Positions 9,003 to 17,440 of a DNA stretch of 64,000 nt are shown here, piece after piece. Position numbers and translations under genes: made by a program. Location of the stretch: the NCBI GenBank assembly GCA_036679625.1, contig JAZDDA010000190.1:63524-127523 (forward strand), written 5' to 3'. The DNA comes from Gemmatimonadota bacterium. GTDB lineage: Bacteria > Gemmatimonadota > Gemmatimonadetes > Longimicrobiales > Gaopeijiaceae. Positions within the stretch are counted from its first letter, which is position 1; the number at the start of each line of letters is the position of its first letter. The notes beneath the pieces were generated by a model. That model made no database searches. It saw only the letters and a program-made list of their open reading frames with translations, and was not told the origin of the DNA.

Positions 9003-10646
9003 ATGGCGATTCGCTTCGATCCAACTCTCACCGCCGCTCTCGCGACGGAGTTGACCGCCCAGCTCGGCGGCACCCGCGTTGCCGCCGTTTTTCTCGACAG
9101 AAGCAGCCATGCGCTTCATTTGTACCTGCGCGAGCACACACTTCTGGTACGCCTCCACGGGCCGGCGATGGGTATCGCACTTCTTCCCGCATCCGACCCC
9201 CCGCCCGGCCATCACCCCCTGCCATGCACCCTTCGGCGGGTTGAGGCAATCCGGGATGAGCGCATTCTCGTGCTCCACCTCCAACGTGTCCGGGGACGCC
9301 GCACCCGGACCAAGGTCGTTATCGAGTTGATGCCGAACCGCGCGAACGCGCTGGTTCTGGACGGAGAGGAGGGCACGATCCGTCACCTCCTCGCGCCCCG
9401 GACCGACGGCACCCGTCCACTCCTCGTCGGCCACCCCTACCCTGGGCCGCTGCGGTCCACCCGGGTCGGAGCAGTCGGCACACTGACGGCCTCGGCCTGG
9501 GAATCGTTTCTGCGGGATCTTCCCGAGGAGAACCCACGTGGCGAGCTGCTCCGCGGACTCGCCTTCACATCTCCGCTGAATGTGGGAGCGCTCCTCGAAT
9601 TCCTCGCGGAAGGTGACATCCCTGCCGCTCACGCGTTCTGGCTCGGGCTGGGGGGAGACGCAGCGCTCGAACCCGTCCTCCTGCAGACGCCGAAGGGTCC
9701 GCAGCCCTACCCCCTTCCGTTGCGGGGTACGCCCAGCCAGTCCGTCTCGTCGCTCCTCGAGGCCTTCGAGGTGGCTCACCAGACAGAGGGAGATGGCCAG
9801 CAAGGCGCCGGCATCGTTCCCGGCGACCTGATCCAGCGGGTGAAGGCCCACCAGAAGCGAGCCAGGAAGCGCGCCGCAACGCTCGAGCGGGAGTTGAACG
9901 GGTCACCCGACCCCGAGGGGCTACGAGCCCAGGGAGGCCTCCTTCTCGCTCGTCTCGCCCAGATACCCAGGGGTGCCGCAGAGGTAGAGCTCGAGGGGTT
10001 CGGCGGGGAGAGGCAATCCGTGCCACTCGACCCCGCGCTTTCCCCACAGGAGAATGCGGCCAGGTACTTCAACAAGGCCGGACGAGCGAGCCGAGCCCGA
10101 GAACGTATACCGGGGCTCCTCGAAGACGCCCGTACCGAGCTCGGGCGCTGGGAGGAGCTGCTGTCCCGCATACAGACAGGTGAGGTGTCGGCGGGGGATG
10201 TCGCCGACGCGCTACCCCACGAGAGTCCGGGGTTGCGGCCTGGCGCCGACGGTACGGTATCGAGGCCGTACCGCCGCTACGAGAGCTCCGGTGGCATAGA
10301 AATCCGGGTAGGCCGCGGAGCCAAGCACAACGACGATCTCACCTTTCGGCACTCCCACCCCGACGACATCTGGCTGCACGCCCGACACGCCGCCGGGGCC
10401 CACGTCGTGCTTCGCTGGACCCGCCCAGGCGCCCCGCCCGCCCGTGACCTCGAGGAGGCCGCGGTACTGGCGGCGCTTCATTCCAAGGCTAGAACCTCCG
10501 GCTCGGTTCCCGTGGACTGGACGCGTCGAAAATACGTTCGTAAACCGCGGAAATCCCCGAAAGGAGCAGTACTCATCGATCGGGCGCAAACCATTTTCGT
10601 GGAGCCGGATCCCGGCCTCCTTGAGCGTCTGGCCGTTCCCGACTAG
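9003..10646 (+). CDS. rqcH: NFACT-family protein (RqcH / fibronectin-binding protein A-like, with DUF814-type C-terminal domain)
   Basis: 547 aa. N-terminal MAIRFDPTLTAALATELTAQLGGTRVAAV (NFACT-N style). Central Arg/Glu-rich helical region. C-terminal IRVGRGAKHNDDLTFRHSHPDDIWLHARHAAGAHVVLR typical of NFACT-R/DUF814. Confidence 0.75.
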   Translation: MAIRFDPTLTAALATELTAQLGGTRVAAVFLDRSSHALHLYLREHTLLVRLHGPAMGIALLPASDPPPGHHPLPCTLRRVEAIRDERILVLHLQRVRGRRTRTKVVIELMPNRANALVLDGEEGTIRHLLAPRTDGTRPLLVGHPYPGPLRSTRVGAVGTLTASAWESFLRDLPEENPRGELLRGLAFTSPLNVGALLEFLAEGDIPAAHAFWLGLGGDAALEPVLLQTPKGPQPYPLPLRGTPSQSVSSLLEAFEVAHQTEGDGQQGAGIVPGDLIQRVKAHQKRARKRAATLERELNGSPDPEGLRAQGGLLLARLAQIPRGAAEVELEGFGGERQSVPLDPALSPQENAARYFNKAGRASRARERIPGLLEDARTELGRWEELLSRIQTGEVSAGDVADALPHESPGLRPGADGTVSRPYRRYESSGGIEIRVGRGAKHNDDLTFRHSHPDDIWLHARHAAGAHVVLRWTRPGAPPARDLEEAAVLAALHSKARTSGSVPVDWTRRKYVRKPRKSPKGAVLIDRAQTIFVEPDPGLLERLAVPD

Positions 10647-11455
10647 ACGGCACCTTCAGCGCCGCCGTCCATCCCCTCCCTCAGCTCTCTCACGAAGTCA
10701 CCTGCGCCCCGCGGACCCCGCTCTCTGAGCGTCCGAACGAGGGCACTTCCCACTACCACACCGTCTGCGACCGCACCCACCTGCGCTGCCTGCGCTGGGG
10801 TCGAGATTCCAAATCCAACGGCTACCGGAAGCTCTACGACCTCGCGAATCTCCCGGACTTCGTCAGCGAGGGAGTCTCTCAACTCGGCTCGGGCTCCGGT
10901 CACACCGGTCCGCGAGATGTAATAGAGGAATCCCTGCCCTCCCGACCCCACCTCGGAGATACGCTCACGAGAGGTCGTCGGGGCGAGAAGGCGAATCAGG
11001 TCCAGCTCCGAATCCGACACCATGTTCTCCAACTCCGGGTCGGCTCCGGTGGGGAGGTCGGTAAGAAGCAGACCCTGGACACCCACCTCCCTCGCATCCG
11101 AAAGAAAGTCGTTGAATCCGTAGCGAAGGAGCGGGTTCAGATACGAGAAGATCACGACGGGAGTCGAGTGTTGCTTCCTGAAATCTCCCAGGAGCTCCAA
11201 CGCCCTCTCTACGGTCATTCCCGCTGCGAGGGCATCAAAGGAGGAGTTCTGGATCGTGGGGCCGTCCGCAAGCGGGTCGCTGAACGGGATTCCCCATTCG
11301 ATTACGTCGGCACCGGCCTCCGCAATCGCCACGAGGGCCTCCGCCGAAACCGTAAGATCTGGAAATCCAGCGGTCACGTAGGGAATCAGGCAGGCACGCC
11401 CCTCACTCGCACGGAGTTCGAAGCGGTCCATGATTCGTTCAGATGAGATAATCAC
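10643..11455 (-). CDS. trpA: Tryptophan synthase alpha chain
   Basis: CLIPYVTAGFPD, IEWGIPFSDPLADGPTIQ and YYISRTGVTG. The ATG at 11455 overlaps the HD-GYP gene by 17 nt. The ATG at 11431 (MDRFELRASEG..) lies 8 nt past its stop and is at least as likely. Confidence 0.9.
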   Translation of the reverse strand: MIISSERIMDRFELRASEGRACLIPYVTAGFPDLTVSAEALVAIAEAGADVIEWGIPFSDPLADGPTIQNSSFDALAAGMTVERALELLGDFRKQHSTPVVIFSYLNPLLRYGFNDFLSDAREVGVQGLLLTDLPTGADPELENMVSDSELDLIRLLAPTTSRERISEVGSGGQGFLYYISRTGVTGARAELRDSLADEVREIREVVELPVAVGFGISTPAQAAQVGAVADGVVVGSALVRTLRERGPRGAGDFVRELREGMDGGAEGAV

Positions 11456-12845
11456 TCACCCGGACTCCATATTTTTGCGCGTTCACCGTCTTGATGACGG
11501 CGCGGCTCCCGTCGGCGAGGTCTACCTGGAGCGGAGTCGCGAGTGGAATACCCATCTCATCCGAAATCACCTTGACCATCGGCTGGTGGAGTCGGTTTGG
11601 ATCGGGATTCACCTTGGCAACCACGGCCAACTCGTATGTATCCAAGATGACAAGAGTTCCCACCGGATAGATGCCCGTCGCGTTGATGAGGACCTTCACC
11701 AGGAGGGGATCAAAGCCCCGCTCCGGATTCTCCCGCATCTCTCGCAGGATGTGATCGGGCGGCCAGGGTTTGTATTGGTAGGATCGCACGGATGTGGCCG
11801 CATCGAATGAGTCGGCGACCTTGACCACTCGGGAGAACAACCCGGGCGTCCGAGGACGCTTGTTCTCAGGATACCCCGTGTTATCAGGGCTCATGTGGTG
11901 TTCGTAGGCCAGCAGCATCTGCCGGTAGGGCACATCTGCGAATCCGTGCATCCCAAAGAGCATGATCAGGCCGTCGGTCGGGTGCTGGCGGACGAGATCC
12001 CACTCCCTGTCGTCGAGCGCGCCTGGCTTGTTGAGAACCTCCACATCGATTCGGCTCTTCCCTACATCGTGGAAGAGCGCGCCGAGTCCGAGTTCAAAGA
12101 GCTGCACCTTGGTGAGGCCAAGTCTCTGCCCGATGATCACGCAGAAGATGCATACGTTGACTGAATGCGTGAAGGTGTACTCGTCGAAGTCACGCAGGGT
12201 GGTCATCGTGACCATCGAGGACTCGTTGTGGAGTACCTGATCCACGATCCCCTGAACCGCACGCTTCACCTTTCGAACATTGACTGCCCGTCCAACACGA
12301 ACGTCGGTCAGCACCTCCTTGGCAACGCGAACGGACTGGGCATACGTCTTCTTCGCCGCCGTGAGCGCCTCCTCGTCATCCATCTCAGGCTCACCGACGT
12401 CGGATTCTGCGCGGACGTCGATATGCTCGGCCGGAGTCTGGGAGAGCCGGTTCACGAAGGCCGTGAACGGATCCTCGCCCGATGCACCGTGGAGTAGGAG
12501 GGAGACGAACGGAGCCCACTCTCCCCGGCCCACCCCCGGAAGCACCTCCACCGCTCCTATCCCGTGCTGGGCCAATACCTGCGCGAAGCTCCCAAAGGTA
12601 GCGAAGTTGCTCAGGTCGAGTCGGAGGCGCGTCTCGTTCAGGAAGAAGAAGTCGCCAACTACGCGAAGCTCCACGCCCCCATCTGCCGTGACGAGTGCTT
12701 CGACCTTGGAGTGAAGATCGTCAATCGCATTCTGAACGGCGGCATTCTCCACCGGATAAAGCTTGAGGGCCGAAAGCGTGCCGTAGAACGCGGTCAGGAG
12801 TTTGCGCCCCGTCTCCTGGTCGACGGCCGGTGAATCCTTGGTCAT
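11439..12845 (-). CDS. HD-GYP domain protein (putative cyclic-dinucleotide phosphodiesterase) with uncharacterised N-terminal domain
   Basis: 468 aa. HSVNV..., LGALFHDVGKSRI (HD) and AYEHHMSPDNTGYP (HHxxxDxxGYP-like). The start ATG overlaps the stop of the upstream HEAT gene (ATGA). Confidence 0.8.
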   Translation of the reverse strand: MTKDSPAVDQETGRKLLTAFYGTLSALKLYPVENAAVQNAIDDLHSKVEALVTADGGVELRVVGDFFFLNETRLRLDLSNFATFGSFAQVLAQHGIGAVEVLPGVGRGEWAPFVSLLLHGASGEDPFTAFVNRLSQTPAEHIDVRAESDVGEPEMDDEEALTAAKKTYAQSVRVAKEVLTDVRVGRAVNVRKVKRAVQGIVDQVLHNESSMVTMTTLRDFDEYTFTHSVNVCIFCVIIGQRLGLTKVQLFELGLGALFHDVGKSRIDVEVLNKPGALDDREWDLVRQHPTDGLIMLFGMHGFADVPYRQMLLAYEHHMSPDNTGYPENKRPRTPGLFSRVVKVADSFDAATSVRSYQYKPWPPDHILREMRENPERGFDPLLVKVLINATGIYPVGTLVILDTYELAVVAKVNPDPNRLHQPMVKVISDEMGIPLATPLQVDLADGSRAVIKTVNAQKYGVRVSDYLI

Positions 12846-14593
12846 CCCGGCTCCCCCCCCAGCGCCTTCACCACGGCGTTTCGGATGACCGGGTCTTCCT
12901 CTCTTCGGGCCTTTTCGAGCACGGCACGGGCCACCTTTGAGTCCACCTTCCCCAGCGCAAGCGCCGCGCAGGCACGAATCTCGGGATGTTCACGGCGCCC
13001 CAGGAAACCCTTCCCATTCAGGAGCTTGTCCAGGATCTTCACCGACCCCGGGTCACCGACCGATCCATAGGCCTCGAAGAACACGATCTTCTCGGTTACA
13101 TCGACCTGTCTCATACCCTTGCCCTTGATGATCTCGCGAAGCACAGGGCCGGAGCCTCCGTGCTTCATCGCACCGATAGCACGGGCAGCGGCAATCCTCA
13201 CATCCCGGTCGGGGTCGTGTAGCGCCGAACTGAGTCCCTCTGCTGCTGCCGTCGCGTTGATCGCGAGGGTCGCATCGATCGCCGCGAGCCGGACTGAGGG
13301 ATCCGAATGCCGGAGAATCGCGGCGAGGTAGGGGGCGGCGCCTGCGACCCTGATCTGGCCAACCAAGCGAGCCGCACCCGACACCACATCTGGATCGGGA
13401 TCGGAAAACAACGCAAGCACTGCGCTCGTACTCTGGCGGGCGATCCCCTCCACCGAGGCTACAACCGATGCCTGAAGCGCCGGGTCCACGATCGTGCCGG
13501 AGGCCTTCACAAGCGTGGCCAGTGCACCGGATCGGAGGTGAAGAAGGAACCTGCCAAGTACACCCGGCTCGGGACTCACCGATCCGTCGGCGATTGCGCG
13601 CACCAACTCCCCAATCGTTTCGGGGGAACTCAGGCTGTCGAGGAGATCATCGACGCTTTTCTTCCGCTCCTCGTCGAACACATCCGGAGTCTCATACGCA
13701 CGAGAGAGCTCCTCAAGAACAAGCGCCGCCGGGCCCACAGCGCCCTTGCTCAGAAAGTTGGGCAGGAGCGTCTCGATGATCTCCAGAATCTCGCTCTGCC
13801 GATCCGGGCGGTCCGGCTCCTCAAGCCGATCGAAGAGCGCAAACAGGACGTCTCCCCGAAGGTCGCGGTTGTCCTCGCGCTCCACCGCGAGCCGCATCTC
13901 CTCCTTCTCTCGAGGGTCAAGCGAATAAAGGGTAGGGTTGAAGTCATCCGCGGCGATGGTCTGTCTCTCTGGTGCGGCTTCCCCCTCCGCAGTAGAGGCA
14001 TCCTCCGCATCGTCCTCGGATGGCAGCTCCGCCTTGAGCACCTCTGCGGGCGAGGTGCCCAGATCTCCAGTTCCAGCCTCGGGAAACACGACTCCATCTG
14101 CGAGAAGATCTACATACTGGTACTGGAAGAACGCGAATTCGTGCTCCCAGAGCACCGTAAGGAGGTCGTCACCGTCGGGCTTGAGATTCCGCGCCGACTG
14201 GAGGACCCCAAGAAACGGCTCGAGTTCTTCTTCCTCGATGCCGGGGAGGAAGGTTACGGTCCGAATACCATCCTTGAAGAACAGGAAGGCCAGGGAGTCG
14301 GTTCGACTCTGAGCCCGGTACACCTCAGTTCCGCCCAGGACCAGGCGATCCTCTTCGACGTGAACCTTGAGTTCGCCGAGTTCCTCCCAGAGACCCTGGA
14401 ATGACTCCCTCAGCGCGGTAACGAAACGGCGGTACACCGGGTTGTTCTCATCGTAGAGCTGCACGGCACGCAGGGCCTTCCCAAGCGTGACGAAAAGCTC
14501 CTTCACCGCTGCGCTGGAGAGCGCACCGTCCTCATCCCACTCCGCGCCTTCGGGAGCGACCTGCCCTGGAACCTCTGCCTTCGAGTCTGTCAC
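12842..14593 (-). CDS. HEAT-repeat protein with uncharacterised N-terminal domain
   Basis: 583 aa. The C-terminal third has PBS-lyase/HEAT-like repeats (DPDVVSGAARLVGQI, HSDPSVRLAAIDATLAI, HDPDRDVRIAAARAIGAM, EDPVIRNAVVKALG). The N-terminal ~130 aa resembles the N-terminus of the downstream HD-GYP protein. Confidence 0.75.
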   Translation of the reverse strand: MTDSKAEVPGQVAPEGAEWDEDGALSSAAVKELFVTLGKALRAVQLYDENNPVYRRFVTALRESFQGLWEELGELKVHVEEDRLVLGGTEVYRAQSRTDSLAFLFFKDGIRTVTFLPGIEEEELEPFLGVLQSARNLKPDGDDLLTVLWEHEFAFFQYQYVDLLADGVVFPEAGTGDLGTSPAEVLKAELPSEDDAEDASTAEGEAAPERQTIAADDFNPTLYSLDPREKEEMRLAVEREDNRDLRGDVLFALFDRLEEPDRPDRQSEILEIIETLLPNFLSKGAVGPAALVLEELSRAYETPDVFDEERKKSVDDLLDSLSSPETIGELVRAIADGSVSPEPGVLGRFLLHLRSGALATLVKASGTIVDPALQASVVASVEGIARQSTSAVLALFSDPDPDVVSGAARLVGQIRVAGAAPYLAAILRHSDPSVRLAAIDATLAINATAAAEGLSSALHDPDRDVRIAAARAIGAMKHGGSGPVLREIIKGKGMRQVDVTEKIVFFEAYGSVGDPGSVKILDKLLNGKGFLGRREHPEIRACAALALGKVDSKVARAVLEKARREEDPVIRNAVVKALGGEPG

Positions 14594-14632
14594 CTGTGGT
14601 GAACCGCCTCCACTGTCATTCGGGTTCCCCGA

Positions 14633-15829
14633 TCAGAGTATCTCGACACCACCCTCGACGCGTGCCACATGTGCAACATCCTTGTCGCCGCGCCCGCTGA
14701 CGCACAACAGCACCGGCCCCTGTTCTGTGTATCCAGGACCTGCCTCCAGAAGATGGGCAACAGCATGTGCAGTTTCCAGTGCGGGGATGATCCCCTCAAG
14801 CTCGGACAACCGGTGGAACGCCGACAGAGCAGCCTCGTCACCAACGGACACATACCGGGCCCGACCCGATTCCTTGAGGAACGAATGCTCGGGCCCAACC
14901 CCGGGATAGTCCAACCCTGCGGACACCGAATGGGCGGGAGCCACCTGCCCATCCGCATCTTGGAGAAGGTAACTCATAGCCCCATGGAGGACACCCGGCC
15001 GTCCCTTCTGGAGCGACGCCGAATGTCGGCCGCTGTTCAGTCCCTCCCCTGCCGCTTCGACTCCAATCAGGTCCACCCCTTCGTCCTCGACAAAGGCGTG
15101 AAAAATTCCCATGGCGTTGGACCCGCCGCCCACGCATGCCACAACGGTGCCGGGGAGTCGGCCAGCCATCTCGAGCATCTGCTCGCGAGCCTCCACTCCG
15201 ATCACCGACTGGAAGTCTCGGACGATGCGCGGAAAAGGTGCGGGTCCGACCACCGATCCGATGATGTAGTGGGTGTCCCCCACATTCGTAACCCAGTCGC
15301 GGATCGCCTCGTTGGTCGCATCCTTCAGCGTACGGGTCCCCGACGAAACCGGACGCACCTCCGCGCCAAGCAACTCCATTCGGTACACGTTCAACGCCTG
15401 GCGATGAACATCCTCTTCACCCATGTACACGACGCAGTCGAGGTCAAAGAGGGCACAGGCAGTGGCGGTGGCCACCCCGTGCTGTCCGGCCCCGGTCTCT
15501 GCGATGATACGCCGCTTCCCCATACGGCGAGCGAGGAGAACCTGCCCGACCGTGTTGTTGATTTTATGCGCCCCGGTGTGGTTGAGGTCCTCGCGCTTGA
15601 GATAGACCTCGCCTCCCCCGAGCTCCCGCTCGAGACGTAGGGCCCGGTAAAGGGGCGAGGGACGGCCCACGTAATCCCGCAACAGCGATCGGAATTCCTC
15701 GTCGAACACCGGATCGACCGAGGCCTCCAGATATGCCTCCTCGAGTTCATCCAACGCCGCGATCAGCGTCTCGGGGACGTAGCGTCCACCGAATGCTCCG
15801 AATCTCTGTTCGATAGGCATCGTCGTCAT
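14633..15829 (-). CDS. trpB: Tryptophan synthase beta chain
   Basis: 398 aa. [16 protein letters not shown] (PLP lysine), GGGSNAMG and ETAHA. Confidence 0.95.
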   Translation of the reverse strand: MTTMPIEQRFGAFGGRYVPETLIAALDELEEAYLEASVDPVFDEEFRSLLRDYVGRPSPLYRALRLERELGGGEVYLKREDLNHTGAHKINNTVGQVLLARRMGKRRIIAETGAGQHGVATATACALFDLDCVVYMGEEDVHRQALNVYRMELLGAEVRPVSSGTRTLKDATNEAIRDWVTNVGDTHYIIGSVVGPAPFPRIVRDFQSVIGVEAREQMLEMAGRLPGTVVACVGGGSNAMGIFHAFVEDEGVDLIGVEAAGEGLNSGRHSASLQKGRPGVLHGAMSYLLQDADGQVAPAHSVSAGLDYPGVGPEHSFLKESGRARYVSVGDEAALSAFHRLSELEGIIPALETAHAVAHLLEAGPGYTEQGPVLLCVSGRGDKDVAHVARVEGGVEIL

Positions 15830-16509
15830 CTCTGTGAATCCCCAGCCCCTGTTCCGGCTCCGGCACCATGAGCTCGCTGGATAAAGTCCGCGACCATTCG
15901 GGCATCCTTTACGCCCGGCGACCCTTCGACTCCGGAGCTTACGTCCACAATATCGGGCCTGAGCGCGGAAATCGCCTCCTCCACATTCGAGGAATTCAAC
16001 CCGCCCGCCAGCACGAAGTCGACCTCGCGGGGAAGGGCGTCACGGCCCGCCTGGAAATCTACCCAGTTGAAGGTAGTTCCCGCTCCCCCCGGTACATTCG
16101 GATTCCACGCATCGAAGAGAACCCCGTCAACGGCGCTCAGAAAGGGTCGAATCCGCTGCATCGCCTCTTCAGGATCGCGCATCGAAAAGGACTTCCAGAC
16201 CTCCCAGGGGCCTGACTCCCGGATGGTCTCGACGGATGCGAGCGTCTCTACCCCGTGCAGCTGGACGACCTTCACGCCAGCCGACCGGCACTTCTCGACC
16301 ACGGATTCGGGCGCCTCATCCACGAACACCCCCACGGTGGGCTGCGAAATCGAATCGGTGATCGCCGCTCCAACCTCGGTGGAGATACTCCTTCCAAACC
16401 CCTCCGAAAGAATCAGACCAACGTAGTCCGCACCCGCCTGGGCCGCATGGACGGCATCGGTCGGTCGCTTCACTCCACAGATCTTCACTCGCACGGATCG
16501 CGATGTCAT
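15826..16509 (-). CDS. trpF: Phosphoribosylanthranilate isomerase
   Basis: 227 aa. VKICGV.., ADYVGLI, VQLHG and LAGGL. 4-nt overlaps with both trpC and trpB. Confidence 0.85.
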   Translation of the reverse strand: MTSRSVRVKICGVKRPTDAVHAAQAGADYVGLILSEGFGRSISTEVGAAITDSISQPTVGVFVDEAPESVVEKCRSAGVKVVQLHGVETLASVETIRESGPWEVWKSFSMRDPEEAMQRIRPFLSAVDGVLFDAWNPNVPGGAGTTFNWVDFQAGRDALPREVDFVLAGGLNSSNVEEAISALRPDIVDVSSGVEGSPGVKDARMVADFIQRAHGAGAGTGAGDSQR

Positions 16510-17321
16510 TCTGGCTGCCCGCCCCGGGGCCGTCTAGGGCTCTCAGTAAGTGAGGAGACCGCTCGGGGGATGGTGTCCTGCCGCAGGAGCCACTCGCCTA
16601 CCAGGACCGCGTCCACCCCGGCAGCTCCCAGGCGGCTCACATCCGAGGGTCCCGCGATCCCACTCTCGGAGACGAGGACCACATCATCCGGTACCCGAGT
16701 CAGAAGGTCGAGGGTCACCCCCAGGTCGGTCTTGAAGGTCGAGAGGTCACGGTTGTTCACCCCCACGATGCGAGCACCCGCCGCTAGAGCCCGCTCGAGT
16801 TCGTCACCGTCATGGGCCTCAACCAGCACCTCCAATCCGAATTCCACCGCAACGCCGTGAAGGTGGGCGAGTTGATCATCACCAAGGATCCTGACGATCA
16901 GGAGAACCGCATCCGCTCCCGCCGCACGAGCCTCCACAACTTGTAGTTCGTCGATGATGAAGTCCTTGCGCAGCACGGGAACAGAAACCGCGTTCCTAAC
17001 CAGTGAGAGGTCCTCAAGAGTCCCACCGAAGTATTCCTGATCGGTCAGGACGCTGATCGCCGACGCACCTGCGCCCTCATAGGTCGATGCCAGCTTCACG
17101 GGATTCAGGCTGGGACGGATCTTTCCCGCCCCCGGCGACCGACGCTTCACCTCGGCGATCACCGCCACCCGAGGGGCCGCCGTCAGAGCCCCGGCTAAAC
17201 TGCGGGGTGTACCCCGCCCATCTGCGCGCGCAAGCAACTCCGTGCGCCTTCCCTCCAGACCCGCGACCTCCACACGCTTGCTCCGCACGATCCGGTCGAG
17301 GATGGTCTCAGGGCGTTTCAT
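16506..17321 (-). CDS. trpC: Indole-3-glycerol-phosphate synthase
   Basis: ILDRIVRSKRVEV start region, IAEVKRRSPG, LRKDFIID, LLIV, VEAH, VGVNNRDL and SESGI. The track ORF extends to 17447, but the 42 extra residues are not TrpC-like and would overlap lexA. I prefer the ATG at 17321 (MKRPETILDRIV). Confidence 0.88.
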   Translation of the reverse strand: MKRPETILDRIVRSKRVEVAGLEGRRTELLARADGRGTPRSLAGALTAAPRVAVIAEVKRRSPGAGKIRPSLNPVKLASTYEGAGASAISVLTDQEYFGGTLEDLSLVRNAVSVPVLRKDFIIDELQVVEARAAGADAVLLIVRILGDDQLAHLHGVAVEFGLEVLVEAHDGDELERALAAGARIVGVNNRDLSTFKTDLGVTLDLLTRVPDDVVLVSESGIAGPSDVSRLGAAGVDAVLVGEWLLRQDTIPRAVSSLTESPRRPRGGQPE

Positions 17322-17322
17322 T

Positions 17323-17338
17323 GGATATCTGGGATATC
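17323..17338. repeat. Tandem direct repeat GGATATC(TG)GGATATC (two EcoRV-type palindromes, 9-nt period) abutting the trpC start
   Basis: Read directly: ttGGATATCtgGGATATCgg at 17321-17340. On the trpC sense strand it sits immediately 5' of the ATG at 17321. Confidence 0.8.
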
Positions 17339-17366
17339 GGGTGACGCCGAGAAGGCACACGGGCTC

Positions 17367-17395
17367 TTGTGTTTCGGGCAACGTTCGGGTATCAT
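17367..17395 (+). promoter_or_regulatory. Candidate sigma70-type promoter of lexA (-35 TTGTGT, 17-nt spacer, -10 TATCAT)
   Basis: TTGTGT at 17367-17372 and TATCAT at 17390-17395. The complementary strand reads TATGAT (17396-17391), a possible -10 for divergent trpC. Hexamer matching by eye only. Confidence 0.3.
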
Positions 17396-17413
17396 ATTTC
17401 GGTTCTTGTTCGG
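17373..17413 (+). promoter_or_regulatory. Four direct KTTCGGK repeats overlapping the putative lexA promoter (candidate operator)
   Basis: TTCGG starts at 17373, 17384, 17398 and 17409 (spacing 11, 14, 11 nt). Contexts are tTTCGGG, gTTCGGG, tTTCGGT and gTTCGGT. Confidence 0.3.
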
Positions 17414-17424
17414 TCTGCGCCAAC

Positions 17425-17429
17425 GGAGG
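17425..17429 (+). promoter_or_regulatory. Shine-Dalgarno (GGAGG) of lexA
   Basis: GGAGG lies 11 nt upstream of the ATG at 17441. Confidence 0.5.
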
Positions 17430-17440
17430 CATTTGATACG

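Noticed and set aside
8802-9851. 349-aa minus-strand ORF spanning the panB promoter region and the rqcH 5' half
   Set aside because: Antisense to the NFACT gene and overlapping the panB start. No motif. Improbable given the divergent promoter region it would have to cross.
13307-14404. 365-aa plus-strand ORF
   Set aside because: Antisense to the HEAT-repeat gene, whose repeats and homology to the neighbouring HD-GYP N-terminus support the minus-strand frame.
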